Of a DNA stretch of 64,000 nt, positions 1 to 13,148 are shown one piece after another. The DNA is from Pelagomonas calceolata (lineage: Eukaryota), in the NCBI GenBank assembly GCA_918797485.1, contig CAKKNE010000004.1, positions 4,836,001 to 4,900,000 of the forward strand, given 5' to 3'. The translations under genes and the position numbers were made by a program. Position 1 is the stretch's first letter, and every line of letters starts with the position of its first letter. The notes under the pieces were generated by a model that saw only the letters and a list, made by a program, of their open reading frames with translations, ran no database searches and was not told the DNA's origin.

Positions 1-3000
1 GCGTCGGGGAATTTTGAGGCCGCGTCTTTCACGGAGGGACCGAAGTCGCGCAGCCGCTCGTTGATGATCGACGAATACATGTGTTTTAACACTTCGGACG
101 TAGGGTCGGGCAGATTAAAAACACTAAATAAAGCCACAAATCTAGGGTCGACATTATTTCTCCCACCTCCGGGCGGGCCCATGGCGCCGATGTACGTCAT
201 GTCTCTAAGTACTTTTTGCGTGAGGTCCTTTTCGCGGTCGTAGATGAAGCCCCGCGAGATAAGAGTGAGTAACAGTGTTATCGGTTGCTGCGTGCCGTAG
301 GTGTCGACCTGCGCGGAGCATCGCGGAGTCTCGACTCGGTCCGAATTCACTCAAAATCAAAAAAGAAGCTACCCACGACCTCGTCTGATGGACACGAGTC
401 GCGTCGATGGCGTGAAGGCACCGCGGCACCGCGGGACGCCGAGATCGCACCTTGGGCATGTTCATATCATCGATAAAGACGACCAAATTCGTTCCTAATG
501 GAGGCCCGTAGATGTTGCCTGCGCGGGGCATCGTGTGTTGCGGCGTCTGAGATCTTCGTGCGCGTCGCGTCGACGGCGTCGGGGGGAGAGCAGGCCGTGG
601 GTGGTCTTTTCGTCGATTTTGAGCCGTCTCGGACCGCGTCGGGGCCGTCGCGTCTCGACGCGGTCCGAAACAGCTCAAAATCCAAAAAGAAACGATCCAC
701 AACATGATACGAGTCCCAGCAACCAAGTGAAGGCACCTTTACCAGTCAAAACGCCGAGGTCGCGCCCGTTCTTTTATCAACATTCACCTCGAGGTTCTTC
801 TGCACGTCCATCGACGACGTACGACTGGAGAAGCCGATCGTGAGCTTCCGGGCCGTGTCGTCACTCAAACCTTCGAGGTAGTCCATGATGATCGTTGTTT
901 TTGCCGTGCCCGAGGCGCCGACAAAAAGTACGGGTTTTCGGGGACCGAGTTCCCTCAACAAGTAGGAGAATTTCGTAGAATCGGTCGTGGGCACAATCAC
1001 TTCATAGAACTTGAAGGGAGACGGTTCGACGTACGGCTCGACGCGCGACTCCCACGTCTGCCACCTTTTACTGGAGGCGTCATAGACAGAATCGGTGAGC
1101 ATGCCGTCGGGCAGATTACTCGAGCTAATCTTCTTCACGAAGTCGTTGAACTGCTCCTGGCTACTACCAACCAACGGCGCGCCGACGGACCACGTCACAC
1201 AAAACGCGAAGACGTTTTCGAGCTCATTTATATCTGGCAGACTGTCACCGGCGACGTCGTAGACCGGTCCCAGAAACGCGTCCAGTGCGGTACATAACTG
1301 CTTGACCATGTCTATGCTGGTTACGGGCACGACCATCCTCAACTTGGCTCCCAATTCGCCATCGACGAGTCCTAGTTGGACATAATCAATACAGGGCGGC
1401 ACGTACTGGTCAAATAAACTCTGTAATTGTTCCGCTTCCTCATCCCTATCGCCCGGTATGTCCACGCCGTCGCCGCATCTTTTTCTAAGCCACCGCTCGA
1501 AGAAGGGTCGGTACCTGCGTGGCACGGACACCGTCACGAAACGTGACCGCATCGACGCCGTCGAGGCGGTGCGGTCTCATGAAGGCGCCATCGACGCAAC
1601 TTCAAGTTGAGAAATTGAAGGAAATCACACTGAGTCGGTACCCCAGATTCTTCGGGTCCGCCCAGACCATGCCACATCTCGAGATGGTGGCAGGACTGGC
1701 GTACTGCAGGTCGAAGGTCTCGCAGATCATGCAGCAGTGGGGCTGCAAGCGGATGCGCTCGCCGTTCGGCAGCGTCAACAGCCTGCGCGTGGCTCAAAAA
1801 TGAAAACGAGACCACCCACGGCCTCCTCTGATGGACACGATCTCGATCGATGGCGCCGCGACCGCGTAGCGCGCAGACGCGGCCTCGCGCCGGTTGTCGT
1901 CCATGACGCTATTCATGTTCTCGACCCAGACGGCGTCGACGTCGCCGTCGTAGATGATCCAGCGCATCTCCTTGCCCTCCTTCGCCTTCGGGAGGGGCTC
2001 GTTGAGCTCGCGGAACAGTCTCGAGAGCACGCCGTCCGTCCAGTCGCGCGTCACCGGGTCCATGACGCCGTAGAGCTCGTTCAAAGGTTGTGCTTTCGGG
2101 TTGATGACGTAGTACTTGACGACGACGCCCTCCGCTTTCAATCTAGCTGCTTTTAGGGTGTCCAATACTACTGTTTTCCCACCTCCAGTGGGTCCTACTA
2201 TCATGGTGGTATGCCTGCGCGGAGCATCGGCGGTTTGAGGTGGTCGACGCGCGTCGTGGCCATCTCACGATGACGTGGGTGGTCTCTGGTCCAAATTTGG
2301 GCCGATTCGGACCGCGTCGCGACTTCCTCTCCCGGAGACGGCGCATGCCAATGAACGGGACGCCGATACAAACCGCACGATCATCGTCTCGTACATCTGG
2401 ATGACCTTGTCGCACTGCTCCTTATGTACTAATTCATCCGAACACTTGTAGCCGTTCGCCGTCAGATGCGCCGCGACTTCAATCTTCAGGTCCTCGTAGC
2501 CGACCCTAGGAGCATCTAAACCCGGAAAGAGGTCCTTGATCAGGCCCTTGAAGAGCGGCACGTCCTCGAAGACGTATTTCGGCATGTTCGAATCTCTCAA
2601 AACTCTCATTAAAACAATATCTTCTCTGAGATCCGAGTATTGCCTTTTTAATCCACCAGCCATCACTAAGACACTCTTCAAAGATCTAAGGCCAAAGTCG
2701 TAGTGGTACTGCTTCGAGAGCTGCTCCTTCGACAGCTTGTAGAGGACCGTCATTTTGCGAGCTAACACTTTTGCTCCCTCAAATCCTTCAGAAAAGAGCA
2801 TGATCTCGCAAATCATCTGCAAATCGGGCACGATCATCGTGACCGGCCTAAATAAAGCTTTCAAATTGTCTGGGAGCTCGGTTCGGCCCGCGTAGCCCGG
2901 GTTCATCGTGATGAAAAACCCGCACGTCGCAAAACCCGCCACCCTTTTTACTCTTATATCTCCATTGCCAATATCACACGTCGGGTTGTCGTAGATCAAC

Positions 3001-6000
3001 GCGTTCTGGATGGACCGTAACTGCGCAGAGACCACGGATAAAACTTCAATGTTGATGCGGTTGAACTCGTCGAAGCAGCCCCACGCCCCGACCTGGACGA
3101 GGCCCGAGAAGATGCTCCCCATGGCCTTGTAGTCGAGACCTTCTCCACAATTAATGACGAAGCACGGCAGCGCCAAGCTTTTCGCGAGGTCCTTTACGGT
3201 TTCCGTCTTGCCGGTCCCGGCCGGTCCCGCGGGAGAACCGCCCAATTTAAATGTTAATGCTTGCGTGATGGTCATGTAGCATCGATCCGTCAACGGCGTG
3301 ATGACCAAGCGCCCATTCAGGCCCATGTACTCGTAGCCGTACCGGAAAAAACCCGTGCACTGCTTGATCACGCAGTCGTCCACATCTCTATCCCAGTAGA
3401 AGCGCAACTGACTCTCCCAGGCGAACTCCTTCGCGTTCAAGATACTCTCTCTTATAAACGAATCGACGATGTCCCGCGAATGCACATCTATTATAAGTAA
3501 AGTGTTCACTTTTTTGCGGTTTATTTTATTCAAGTCCTGGCGCACCATCGCGACCAATTCGTTCAATTGTTTCGTTAGTCTCGCTTCTAAAGTTTTCATG
3601 GCGTGCTTGTCGCCCTCCTTGACCGCTCTAAAGGCGTCCTCGACCTCCCAGGTCCACCACACGAGAGAACCTGCGTTCGTGACCATGATCATGACGTCTC
3701 GACGGCGTCGGAGGTGTGTGCGGGTCGCGTCGACGGCGTCCGGGTCGTCTCGAGGCGTCGCGGTCGCTCGACGCGGTCCGAAGCGGCTCAAAACCGAACA
3801 AGAAACCACCCACGACCTCGTCTGATGGACACGAGTCGCGCCGATGGCGTGAAGGCACCGTAGAAGACGCTGAGCACTGACCGGCGAGCGTGACCATCCC
3901 GAGGACGTCGGCATCCAGAATCCACTCGCTACGCGGAGACGACGCGTAGTTGAAGATGCCCGTCTTACTGATGACTTTCAAGCTATCTTTCATGGCCTGC
4001 TCGACGCGCGTCATCCACTCCTCGACGGGACCGTCTACCGGACTGGCGCCTTTTTCTGGCGGCGTGATGTCCTTCGTACAGAGGTCGAAGCCCTCCTTCT
4101 CGCTACTGACCATGCCCTGGATCTTCGCGGCGCCGCTCCTGTGTGGGAACGACGCCGTCGCGACACGGCCGCGTCGACGGCGTCGAGGCGGTGCGGTCTC
4201 ATGAAGACGACCACGTCAAGTTCAAGTTCAAAATCTACACTGAGTCAGCACCCGAATTTCAGTTCCTTGACGTTGTCGAAGAGCTTCAGCATGTGGACCT
4301 GGATCGACGTGGGGTCGCTCGACCCGAGCACACTGAGTAGCTCGTCGTCGGAGATGAAGTAGAAGCGCGAGAAGGCGTTTCGTTTCGTATCTAAATAATC
4401 CGTCAGCGACTTCTGGCACCTGTCGAGGCGGTCGCCCATTTCAGTGAGAGCATCAAATTCCTTCTCCGTCGCCGCGCGGACGACGACGGGCGACTCGTGC
4501 GTCGTCTTCATGATGGTCTTAAATTCCTTGTTGATCTTGTCGAATTTCTTGGCCTCCTCCGGGAGCTGCATCCTTATATCTTCGGAGCCTGCGCGGGAAC
4601 GACACACGTGTGTGATCGTGACGAGGCGCTCGCAAAAAGTTCAACTTCAACACGGAGTCCGCACCGATGAAGATCGACTCCAAATACATCCACTTCCGCT
4701 GCACGTTGTACCAGACGTCGAGCGTTTCTACCACCATATTGAGTGTTTTTTCCCACGTCCGCACCTTCTGCGCGTACCGGCCCACGAACCGACTCCCGGA
4801 CATCGTCTGGAGGTTGAGGAGGTGGTCTTCCAACTGTAGATTGATCTCCTCGGCCGCGCCGAGCACGTGGCCCCGCACCTGCCCGTCCTTCTTGTACTCG
4901 CGGACGTCGAGCTCGGTCGTCGACCAGCACTTCTCGATCGCATATATTTCTTTTTCAATTTTGAGCTCGTTGATCGCGCCTGCGTGGCACCGACGCCGTC
5001 ACGCGTAGACCCTCGTATGATCATGAAGACGCCAGCGACGCGAACTTGAAGTTCGGAAAGCGTGAGAAAAGACGCTGAGTCAGCGCAGACGACGATCTCG
5101 TCGACGTCCTCGCCGTACTGGCTGAGCTCCATGCTGAAGATTTTTCCGAGGGTTATCGTCTTGACGTCGCCTATTGCTACTCCAGTTAATTCCTCGAGCT
5201 GCTGCCAGTGGGCCTGCGTGGCACGGACATTGTCGCACGCGACGCGTCGACTCCCACGTCAAGTTCAAGTTCAAGTTCAACACTGAGTCACGGACCTGCT
5301 TGACCGCGTCGTTCTTGAGGTTCACGATGACCGGCAGCGACTCCTTGAAGTTGACGACGACGAGCTCGTAGGCCTTATATTTAGATAATTCTTTGAGATC
5401 TTTCGGAAGCTTCTTGATCTCCTTCTCGGCCCGGTCGACGCCTGCGCGGAGCATCTCCGTCAAGAACGGCCTCGAACTCGACAAAGAGACCACCCACGCC
5501 ATCGTGAGATGGACACGAGTCTCATGGACATGACGGGACGCCGCGAGCGCGCCCTCCTTCAGTACTTCAACGTCAAGCTCGCCCCACGCCGTCAGGCTCA
5601 TATCTTCCCTAAACTTCTCGAATGAACTATAAAGGTCGTAGATGACCTTCATGCGCGCCATCTCGGACTGGACCTCGACGAGCACGGGGTAGGACGTCAT
5701 CTCCATGCCTGCGCGGAGCATCTCCCGTCGAACGCGGTCCGAACGGCCTCAAACTCGACGAAAAGACCACCCCATGCCTCGTCTGATGGAGGCGAGTCGC
5801 GTCGATGGCGTATGAGCCCTACGCCATCGCCGCGACCCGTGAAGATTGCTCTCGCTCTCTCTCTCGGGAGTGCTCGCGTCGAGGCGACCGCGTCATCCGA
5901 AACAGCTCAAACTCGAAGAAGAGACCACGCGGAGATGCGCACCGAACAGGTCCTCGGCGTTCACGAGCTCGTCCTTCTTCGCGACGCACTTTTGTAAAGT

Positions 6001-9000
6001 TTCCGCGTAGTCGACCATGAGCAAGACGCCCTCCTCGAGCGACACCTTCCCGGCGATGGGGCCCTCGGCGTAGAACTGGGTCCGCAGCTCCTTGAGTTCC
6101 TCTTGAAACGCTTCGGACTGCTCCGTCGTGACCGCGCGGAAGTCTTCTTTCACTTTGGCTAGTCTCAAGTCTTTTGTCCGCGCAAAAACGTACAGCTCCC
6201 TCCATTTTTCTGCGAGACTATGTGCTAGTTGTAACTCATGTGCCTCAATAGCTACGCTATGGCGTTCCAGCGTCCGATACCGCTCCGACACGTCCGCGTA
6301 CCTGCGCGGCACGGACACCGTCGCGGACGCCCTCGTCCCAACGTTGAAGTTCAATACAGACGCCGCGTCCGCGCCGGAGCTCCATGTCCATCGACGCGTC
6401 GACCACTTTGGCTATCGTATTCAAAACGAACATGAGCGTCTCTATACTATCACATGTAGTGCCGTCGATGTCCCTCCTCCAGGCATCCCAGGAATCGACG
6501 AGTTGCGTCATCTTCTCGAACGAGACGTCCCGCAGCACCTTGCCGTACTGGTCCCTCCAGCTCAGACTTTGCTTGGCGACGCCCTTACTCACGTCATCAC
6601 AGTCGATGCGCAGGAAGTCCACGTCCGTACATCGATCTCTAGATAGAGCATCATTCGCAATACCAGCATAGGTCTCGAGTTTCGCGTCGAAGTAGACGAC
6701 GCCGCGCGGCTCGTCCGTGAGCTTATCTAGTTCTCTTGTCATATTCTCGTCCCACAAACTATCATAGACCTCCCAGGACTCCTTGTATTTTTGTAATGCG
6801 CCTGACTCGTCCGTGAGCCGCTTTACGTAACTCGTCAAGTCGTCTCTCAACTTCATAACGTGCGGGTTCTTGGAGACGTCCTGGTGGTAGGAAAACACAA
6901 AAGGCTCCTCGTCCTCGCCGACGTCGACGGGCGGACATTCGAGACACGTGCCGCGCTTCCAGCGCGGAAACGTCTTCGCCGCGTCGCTGAGTCCTCGGAT
7001 GCATTTTGTTATATATTTGTTGACGTCGGCCGCTGGGGGTGTGACGACGACGTCTCTTCCCCCCAACAGACAAGCGGCCCTACAAAAAGGTGCACAATCA
7101 GGATGCGTCAGCATCTCTCGGAACGTCGCGAGCGACGTCGACACCATGACCACAATGGCGTTGCACAGCCGCTTCTCCCAGTACCGGTAGTAGTTCGCGA
7201 GCAGCGGTGAACTGCTGGTCGCCGTCGAGGCGACGACCTCCTCGACCTTCTTCAACAGAGGTTCGATCGACTTGTACTGCTGCTGGAGATCGTTCAACCG
7301 AGCCGTGCGCGTCGCTTCCACGGTCTCGTGGAACTGGCCGACATCCACCAACACCGGTCGCTTCGTGCGGGGGTCTCTCTTGAGATCCGCCGGCTGAAAT
7401 AAGACGGTAGAATGAATCGCATCTACCACATTCGCAATCATGGCCGCGCTCTTCTGGATCTGACTGACAACGCCGGAAAACTCGTTGAGAGCCTTTTGCA
7501 CGGCCTCGATGAACGCGGGGACGCGCTGCGAGTTCCAATTTAGCGGCGTAAAACCGGACCGTAACGTCCGTTGGAGGATGGCGACTTGTCTTGTGAGTAA
7601 ATCGGACTCGACGGGTGCTATTCTGGAAATCAACGCGTCGTACTGGCTCAATTTCAGACTCAAGTCGCGGACGTAGCCGTGAAATTTGTCCTCCTGGAGC
7701 GCTATTTGCAGTGCGGTCTCGGGTATGGTAAAGCCGAGCCGGTCGAGGTACTTGGCCTCCTTGATAATTAAAGCTAATTCGGGTACGAAATTGACCTTGT
7801 ACGGGAGCGGGGGCATGCGGAACTTGCCCGGAGGTTTTTTCTTCCGCGTATCTTCCGGTACTGAATGTACAGCAGCTAGGATAGGCTGTTTTAACAACTC
7901 AGTAGCTACTTCTAACGTCGACTTCTCCCAGGACTCGTAGAGTTGCGTGATGTACGCGTCGACGGCCCGAGCGAAGACCAAGTACTTTTGTTTGGCGTCT
8001 AAACCTTCCGGCGTCTCGAGCAGCCCCTCGTGCTGCTTGAACTTGAGAATTGGTTTCTTGGCCCTATGATATAAGTCTCTAGCCCACGCGATCGCCCCGG
8101 CCACGGGAGGGTAGTTCTCGTAGATCAGCGGCCTGGCCTTGTGCGCGTCGAACAAGGCGTGAATTTGCGAAAGCTCCTTCATGTACTGCTCCATGACCTC
8201 ATCATATAAGGTCGTGAACTGGCGGTTGATCACGTCCCTCGATTCCACCTTTTTAAAATTTTCTACGAGCTCATAGGCGCTCTCCGCGGATCGCAGCTTT
8301 TGAAACGCGTCGTCAATGAAGTGGATGCTTTGCTCCTCGATGGAGGCGACGTCCGCATTAAATTCATCCATGAGACTCTGCCAGGACTCGTCGTAGCGTC
8401 GATCATACGCATTGTACGTAATGCTCGTCAGCGGTTCCTTTAAAGCTTCGACGCGTTGGACAACCTTGTCGACCTGCGTCGTGTCGTCCGTAACGGCCCG
8501 CAGCTCGGGCCCGAGGAACTGGTCGAACTGGTCGAGGACCTGTGTGTGGTAAGTACGTGAGACGACGCGATACGCCCCGAAACGGCTCAAAAATGGAAAA
8601 GAGACCCGTCAAAGCCTTCTCTGATGGAGACGACCTCGATCTATCTCTCAAAAGTGCGCTGCGACCGCGTATCGACACTGCATCGCGCCTGAGCTACGTC
8701 GTATAGATGTCCTAGTACAAACGCCATATATCTAGTACGCTCGAAGAGTCTCTTTCTGTCAAATTCCCATCTTACATGGGTACCGCTTTCTTCAATGCGT
8801 TGCCTCGTCGCCATGTACGTGGCCTCCCAGGCGTGTAAGACGGCTCGGGCCTCCGTGATTATTTGTTGCGCTTCCTTCGGCGGTAGAGATAACACGGACG
8901 CCACATTCACTTCATCGCTCACCTTCTCGGCGAGCTTGTGGGCGATGCGCTCCAGCAGAGGCACCATACGACTATCAGAATTATAATGTCTAGATATAAT

Positions 9001-9981
9001 CCACACCATGCGGACCGCGTTGAGCATCGTAGGTAAGGTATCTAGGATGGAGGCGAAACTGCCACTGGATAGGGTCTTGAAGTGCCGTTCCAACGTCGCT
9101 AAGAACTTCGTGTTGTCTTTGGCTTCGATCGCTAGTTTTTGCAGTTCTCCATATGAGGTACTATAGCCGATGATCGCGTGCGCGTCCACTCTCTTTAACG
9201 TTTGTAAGATAGCTTGGACGCGCGGGAGTTGGAGCTGTTCATAGAGAGCGGACAAAGCTCGGTGTCTTTCTCGCCAGAACTCGACTTCGGCTAGCGGGCC
9301 TGAACTACTAGGTCTTTTCGCGGCCTCCTGATCCACAACTTGTTGAATAGTGGTAGTCCAGCCCTCGACAGCATGCTCTAATTCGCCCAACGCCGTCTGG
9401 TCCTCCAAGATAGATGGCTGAGACACATCTACTTCGGGAATTTCCAGAGAGACGTCGCCGCCGATCTGGCGAGCCGCGTGCTCCAAGACACTTTTGAACG
9501 ATGCTAGATTCCGCTGGTAGGCTATTTGACCGGGAGTTAACTCATCACTCCGGGAAGCCTCAAAGGCCGGCAGGAACAGGCCCCCGAGCAGGCCCGCCGC
9601 GTCCGACAGGACGTTGGCCGTGCACGCCCCAAATTGTAAAGCGTCCATCAATTCCGTACGAGAACCTTCCATCGGGACTTTTCCGAGCTTGAGGAAGTGG
9701 ACACTACGTCGGTTGTGCCCTGCCGGGGGCATGGTGGGCGCCGCGCAATGTAACACATCTGCGGCATTTTCGTCGCCGTGGTGCGGCGCCCAGAAGAAGA
9801 ACAGGGCACCCGACGTCGTGGCATCGTCAAAAATGTGCTTCAGGGCCGCATCCCCAAACTTGAAATAGCTTTCGCTCGCGTCGACGCCCTCGTCCTCCTT
9901 GCTTTCAATGGCGTGGTCAAAAGCGGCGTCGTCGGCTTCTAAGTTGAGCTGGACTAATGATTTGATGTAGGCTACGGCCAT
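1..9981 (-). CDS. DNAH10: Axonemal dynein heavy chain, DNAH10/inner-arm I1-alpha-like; 5' part only (~2,680 codons), runs off the window start; 14 introns
   Basis: Spliced ORFs give the tail ([17 protein letters not shown]), linker ([23 protein letters not shown]), AAA1 ([30 protein letters not shown]), AAA2 (GPTGGGKT) and AAA3 ([26 protein letters not shown]). Inferred introns (donor): 8540-8688 GC, 6302-6374 GC, 5709-5942 GT, 5442-5552 GC, 5214-5295 GT, 4980-5086 GC, 4589-4664 GT, 4139-4251 GT, 3671-3881 GT, 2215-2373 GT, 1783-1890 GC, 1515-1641 GT, 519-765 GC, 309-450 GT. Together they restore one continuous frame. The paralog assignment is from recalled motifs. Confidence 0.92.
1507..1641 (-). 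mobile_element. Introner-like intron (1515-1641) in dynein with an 8-bp direct repeat
   Basis: gtcggtac at 1507-1514 and 1634-1641; carries the shared CGCCATCGACGC core. Confidence 0.7.
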
Positions 9982-10460
9982 CTTGCCTGTCGCCTACGCG
10001 CGCGGGCTGCCTCGGGCTGCCTCGCGCTGTTGTTAACTCTGCGCCTGGCTGCTTGGTCGAGGGGCAGCCTCTAGCGGCGCGGTTGCTGCTGCTGTGGCTG
10101 CGCTACGGCCCTAGTCTCGTCGAAGGGCACCCCTGCACTTCGAGTCGGCTGTGAGCTCGCACGCTAGGCCAGCGTTTTAGGGGCGGCAGCTGCGCTTTTT
10201 TGCTAGCCTGGGGGTTTCATGCCGCGAGCGCTGGCCCGTCCGATCGACTGTTCCACCGCTCTGCGGGGTGCCCGATGGCCCATCCGTCCTGTTAGGACTC
10301 GTATTTATTTTGCATCCTAGTATGTCTGTGCACGCTAGCTCGTTTGGTGCGGCGCGTTTGAGACAGGTTGTGCTGGCCACAGGAAGCGCAGAGGTGGTCT
10401 CGAGGATTCACCAGCGCTGGCTGGCGCGGAGCAGCAGCGCTCGACGCAGCAAGCGCAGCC
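9982..10460. promoter_or_regulatory. Probable divergent (bidirectional) promoter region between dynein and S1P
   Basis: 479 bp between head-to-head ATGs. No specific element was identified; this rests on position only. Confidence 0.4.
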
Positions 10461-13007
10461 ATGCGACGGCTCCTCCTATGTGCTGCCCTGGCAGCCGCGA
10501 CGCAGACCGAGCGCGTCCTCGTGCGCTTCGATGATTACGCATCTAGTGAAAAACACCGCGCGACCGTTTCCAGAAAGCTGGGTCCCGAGGGCCGGCACTG
10601 GGCATCAGCCGACCGCCGGCGGCGCCACCCCACCGATTTCCTAGCATTACATTTGACGAGGGGCGCGCGACGAGCACTTAGAACTTTCAGAGTGGATCTA
10701 GATCGGAGCACACTGAAACCCTTATGGAGGAACCTCACGCAAGCACAAGCGAGGTACAAGGTCATCGTCGCCCCCGGCAAGGAAGCTTCTGAGACATGGC
10801 ACCACGGCGAGCGGGGCCAGAATTCTACAATAGCCATCTTCGACACGGGATTGAGGAGCAACCACCCCCACTTCCCGAAGCAACCGGACGAAAGAATAAA
10901 CTGGACGTCCGAACGGACGTTGGCCGACACGTTTGGGCACGGGACGTTCATCGCCTCCGTAGTAGCTGGTATTTCTGAGGAATGTCCAGGATTCGCACCT
11001 TCATCATCGTTAAGAATCCACAAGGTCTTTACGAACCAACAGGTGTCCTACACGTCGTGGTTCCTCGACGCGTTTAATTACCTCCTATACAAGGGTGATG
11101 TCGACGTCATCAACCTGTCGGTCGGCGGGCCGGACTTCGCGGACCGGCCCTTCGGCGACAAGGTCAAAGAAATAGTAGCGTCCGGTATCACTCTTGTCTC
11201 TGCGATGGGAAACGACGGCCCGGCCTGGGGGACCTTAAATGCCCCCGGTGATGCGGTCGAGGTGATCGGTGTGGGTGCGTCGGAGGCCGATTCAGGAAGG
11301 GTCGCGGCCATCTCGTCGCGGGGCTTTCCGCTCGGCGACCGTATTCCGCGCATGAAGCCCGACTACGTCGCGCCGGGCATGGGCGTCCTCGGTGCTATTC
11401 CTGGAGGTGCTTCCTGTAGTCCGAACCACGGGACGTCGGTAGCCTCTCCTTCCGTGGCGGGTGTCGCTGCTCTTGTAGTGTCGGCAGCTCGAAGAGCGGG
11501 TACGTCGATAAAAAACCCGGCCATGGTCCGCCAGTGCCTCAATGAAGCGTCTACTTCTACCAGTGAATCGATGTGGGCCCAGGGTTTTGGCAGGATTAAT
11601 TCATTAAAAGCAGTACAATGTGCCGAGACGTATACACCGCGCGTGACCCTCGTGCCACCATCATTTCATCTAGAAAAGGACTGCCCCTACTTGTCACCGT
11701 TGTGCGACCAGCCCCTCATACGAGGGGGGCTTCCCATATCTTTTAACGTCACCGTACTGAACGGTCTGGGAGTCCTGGGCCGAGTGACGGATCTGCAGTG
11801 GGCCTCGGACTCGTCACTGGTCGTGGAGGCCCAATACCCGGTCACGCTGTGGCCCTTCGCCGGGGCCTTCGCCGTACGAATCAGAGCTTCTCCCGACGCG
11901 TCGATCGGCGTACACACCGGTAAATTGTGGGTGCGCGTTGATAGCAATGAGAAGACGTGCTCCGACGCGTCGAGTGACGGGCGGTGGGTCGCCTGGGAGA
12001 TATCGGTGGAAATCGCGGCAAAGCCCGACAAAAGGAAGCGGCTGCTCTGGGACGCGTCGCATTCCCTGACCTATCCCCCGTCGTTCTCGCCGCGAGACAA
12101 CCTCAACCAGAACGCCGACCTGCTGGACTGGAACGGTGATTTACCGTACACGAACTTTCGAGGGCTGTTTCGGAGACTGAGGAGCCGGGGTTACCATATA
12201 GATGTATGGTATGAGGATCTTAGTTGTATTAACTTGGACGAGTACGGCGCTTTGTTACTTGTGGACGCCGAGGACATCTACTCCCAAGACGAAATACAAG
12301 CCGTCCACGCCGGTGGCACTTCCCTATTCATCGTGGCGGACTGGGCCGACGCCGCTCTACGGGAGCAGGCGCGTTTTTTTGATGATAACACGCAAGTGGC
12401 CTGGGAGCCCGCGGTCGGTGGTGCGAACGTCGTGGAGCTCAACAAAGTGCTGAAACCATTTGATGTGGCTTTGGGTGGCGGCGCGTGGGAAGGGGCGCTC
12501 CCGCAGGCCTTTGGGGCTGGTTCTAGGTTTGAGTCTGGGTCGGTCATCGCGCGGGCGCCCGTTGGTAGTTATGTCGTGAAAACTAGATTAGAAAAGCGGG
12601 TGTCGCTGAAGCGCGGCGGCACGGTGAAAGTAGAGGCGCCGCAGGCGGTGCTCGCGGCCGTCTCCAGTGATAAAGGTAGAGCCGTGGTGTTCGGCGACAC
12701 GGGCTGTTTGGACGACTGGAAGCGGACGGGGCGCGCCTGCTGGGAGCTGCTCGAGGCGTCTGTTGCGTTTGCTGTAAGTGGTGTGCGGTCTCCAGCTATA
12801 TTCCCCGACGGCGCGCGCCTGCAAGAGCCGTTGGTGATTGGCGAGGTGCCTCTGGATACACCGCCGTCGCCGCTGTTGAAGAAGTACTCGCGCCACTACG
12901 ATGCATCGCCGCCGTACGTCGCGGACCCGCCTCCGAAACCACAGGTTTGTGGAGCGCGGGACATGCGTGCTGTGGAGACCCGTGACGAGGGGTGGTCTCC
13001 TGTGTAA
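10461..13007 (+). CDS. MBTPS1: Subtilisin-like site-1 protease (SKI-1/S1P, peptidase S8), intronless
   Basis: Signal peptide MRRLLLCAALAAA at ATG 10461. Catalytic Asp (FDTG), His (GHGT) and Ser (GTSVASP). S1P-typical stretches VFTNQQVSYTSWFLDAFNY, NLSVGGPDF, CPYLSPLCDQP, LLWDASHSLTYP and DLLDWNGD. Confidence 0.9.
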   Translation: MRRLLLCAALAAATQTERVLVRFDDYASSEKHRATVSRKLGPEGRHWASADRRRRHPTDFLALHLTRGARRALRTFRVDLDRSTLKPLWRNLTQAQARYKVIVAPGKEASETWHHGERGQNSTIAIFDTGLRSNHPHFPKQPDERINWTSERTLADTFGHGTFIASVVAGISEECPGFAPSSSLRIHKVFTNQQVSYTSWFLDAFNYLLYKGDVDVINLSVGGPDFADRPFGDKVKEIVASGITLVSAMGNDGPAWGTLNAPGDAVEVIGVGASEADSGRVAAISSRGFPLGDRIPRMKPDYVAPGMGVLGAIPGGASCSPNHGTSVASPSVAGVAALVVSAARRAGTSIKNPAMVRQCLNEASTSTSESMWAQGFGRINSLKAVQCAETYTPRVTLVPPSFHLEKDCPYLSPLCDQPLIRGGLPISFNVTVLNGLGVLGRVTDLQWASDSSLVVEAQYPVTLWPFAGAFAVRIRASPDASIGVHTGKLWVRVDSNEKTCSDASSDGRWVAWEISVEIAAKPDKRKRLLWDASHSLTYPPSFSPRDNLNQNADLLDWNGDLPYTNFRGLFRRLRSRGYHIDVWYEDLSCINLDEYGALLLVDAEDIYSQDEIQAVHAGGTSLFIVADWADAALREQARFFDDNTQVAWEPAVGGANVVELNKVLKPFDVALGGGAWEGALPQAFGAGSRFESGSVIARAPVGSYVVKTRLEKRVSLKRGGTVKVEAPQAVLAAVSSDKGRAVVFGDTGCLDDWKRTGRACWELLEASVAFAVSGVRSPAIFPDGARLQEPLVIGEVPLDTPPSPLLKKYSRHYDASPPYVADPPPKPQVCGARDMRAVETRDEGWSPV

Positions 13008-13148
13008 GTTATGTGTGTTCCTACGTACGCCACCGCCGCGACGAGCGTTCACCCCTTACAGACGAGTCGCTGGGCACCGCGACCGGCGCGACTCGGACTA
13101 GAAGTTGTAAATGTCCTGAACCTTAGATAGGGGTAATAGGGATAAGGG

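Noticed and set aside
1..9981. Dynein as a frameshifted pseudogene
   Set aside because: Every break is bounded by GY...AG, and splicing restores conserved motifs exactly (e.g. [22 protein letters not shown]).
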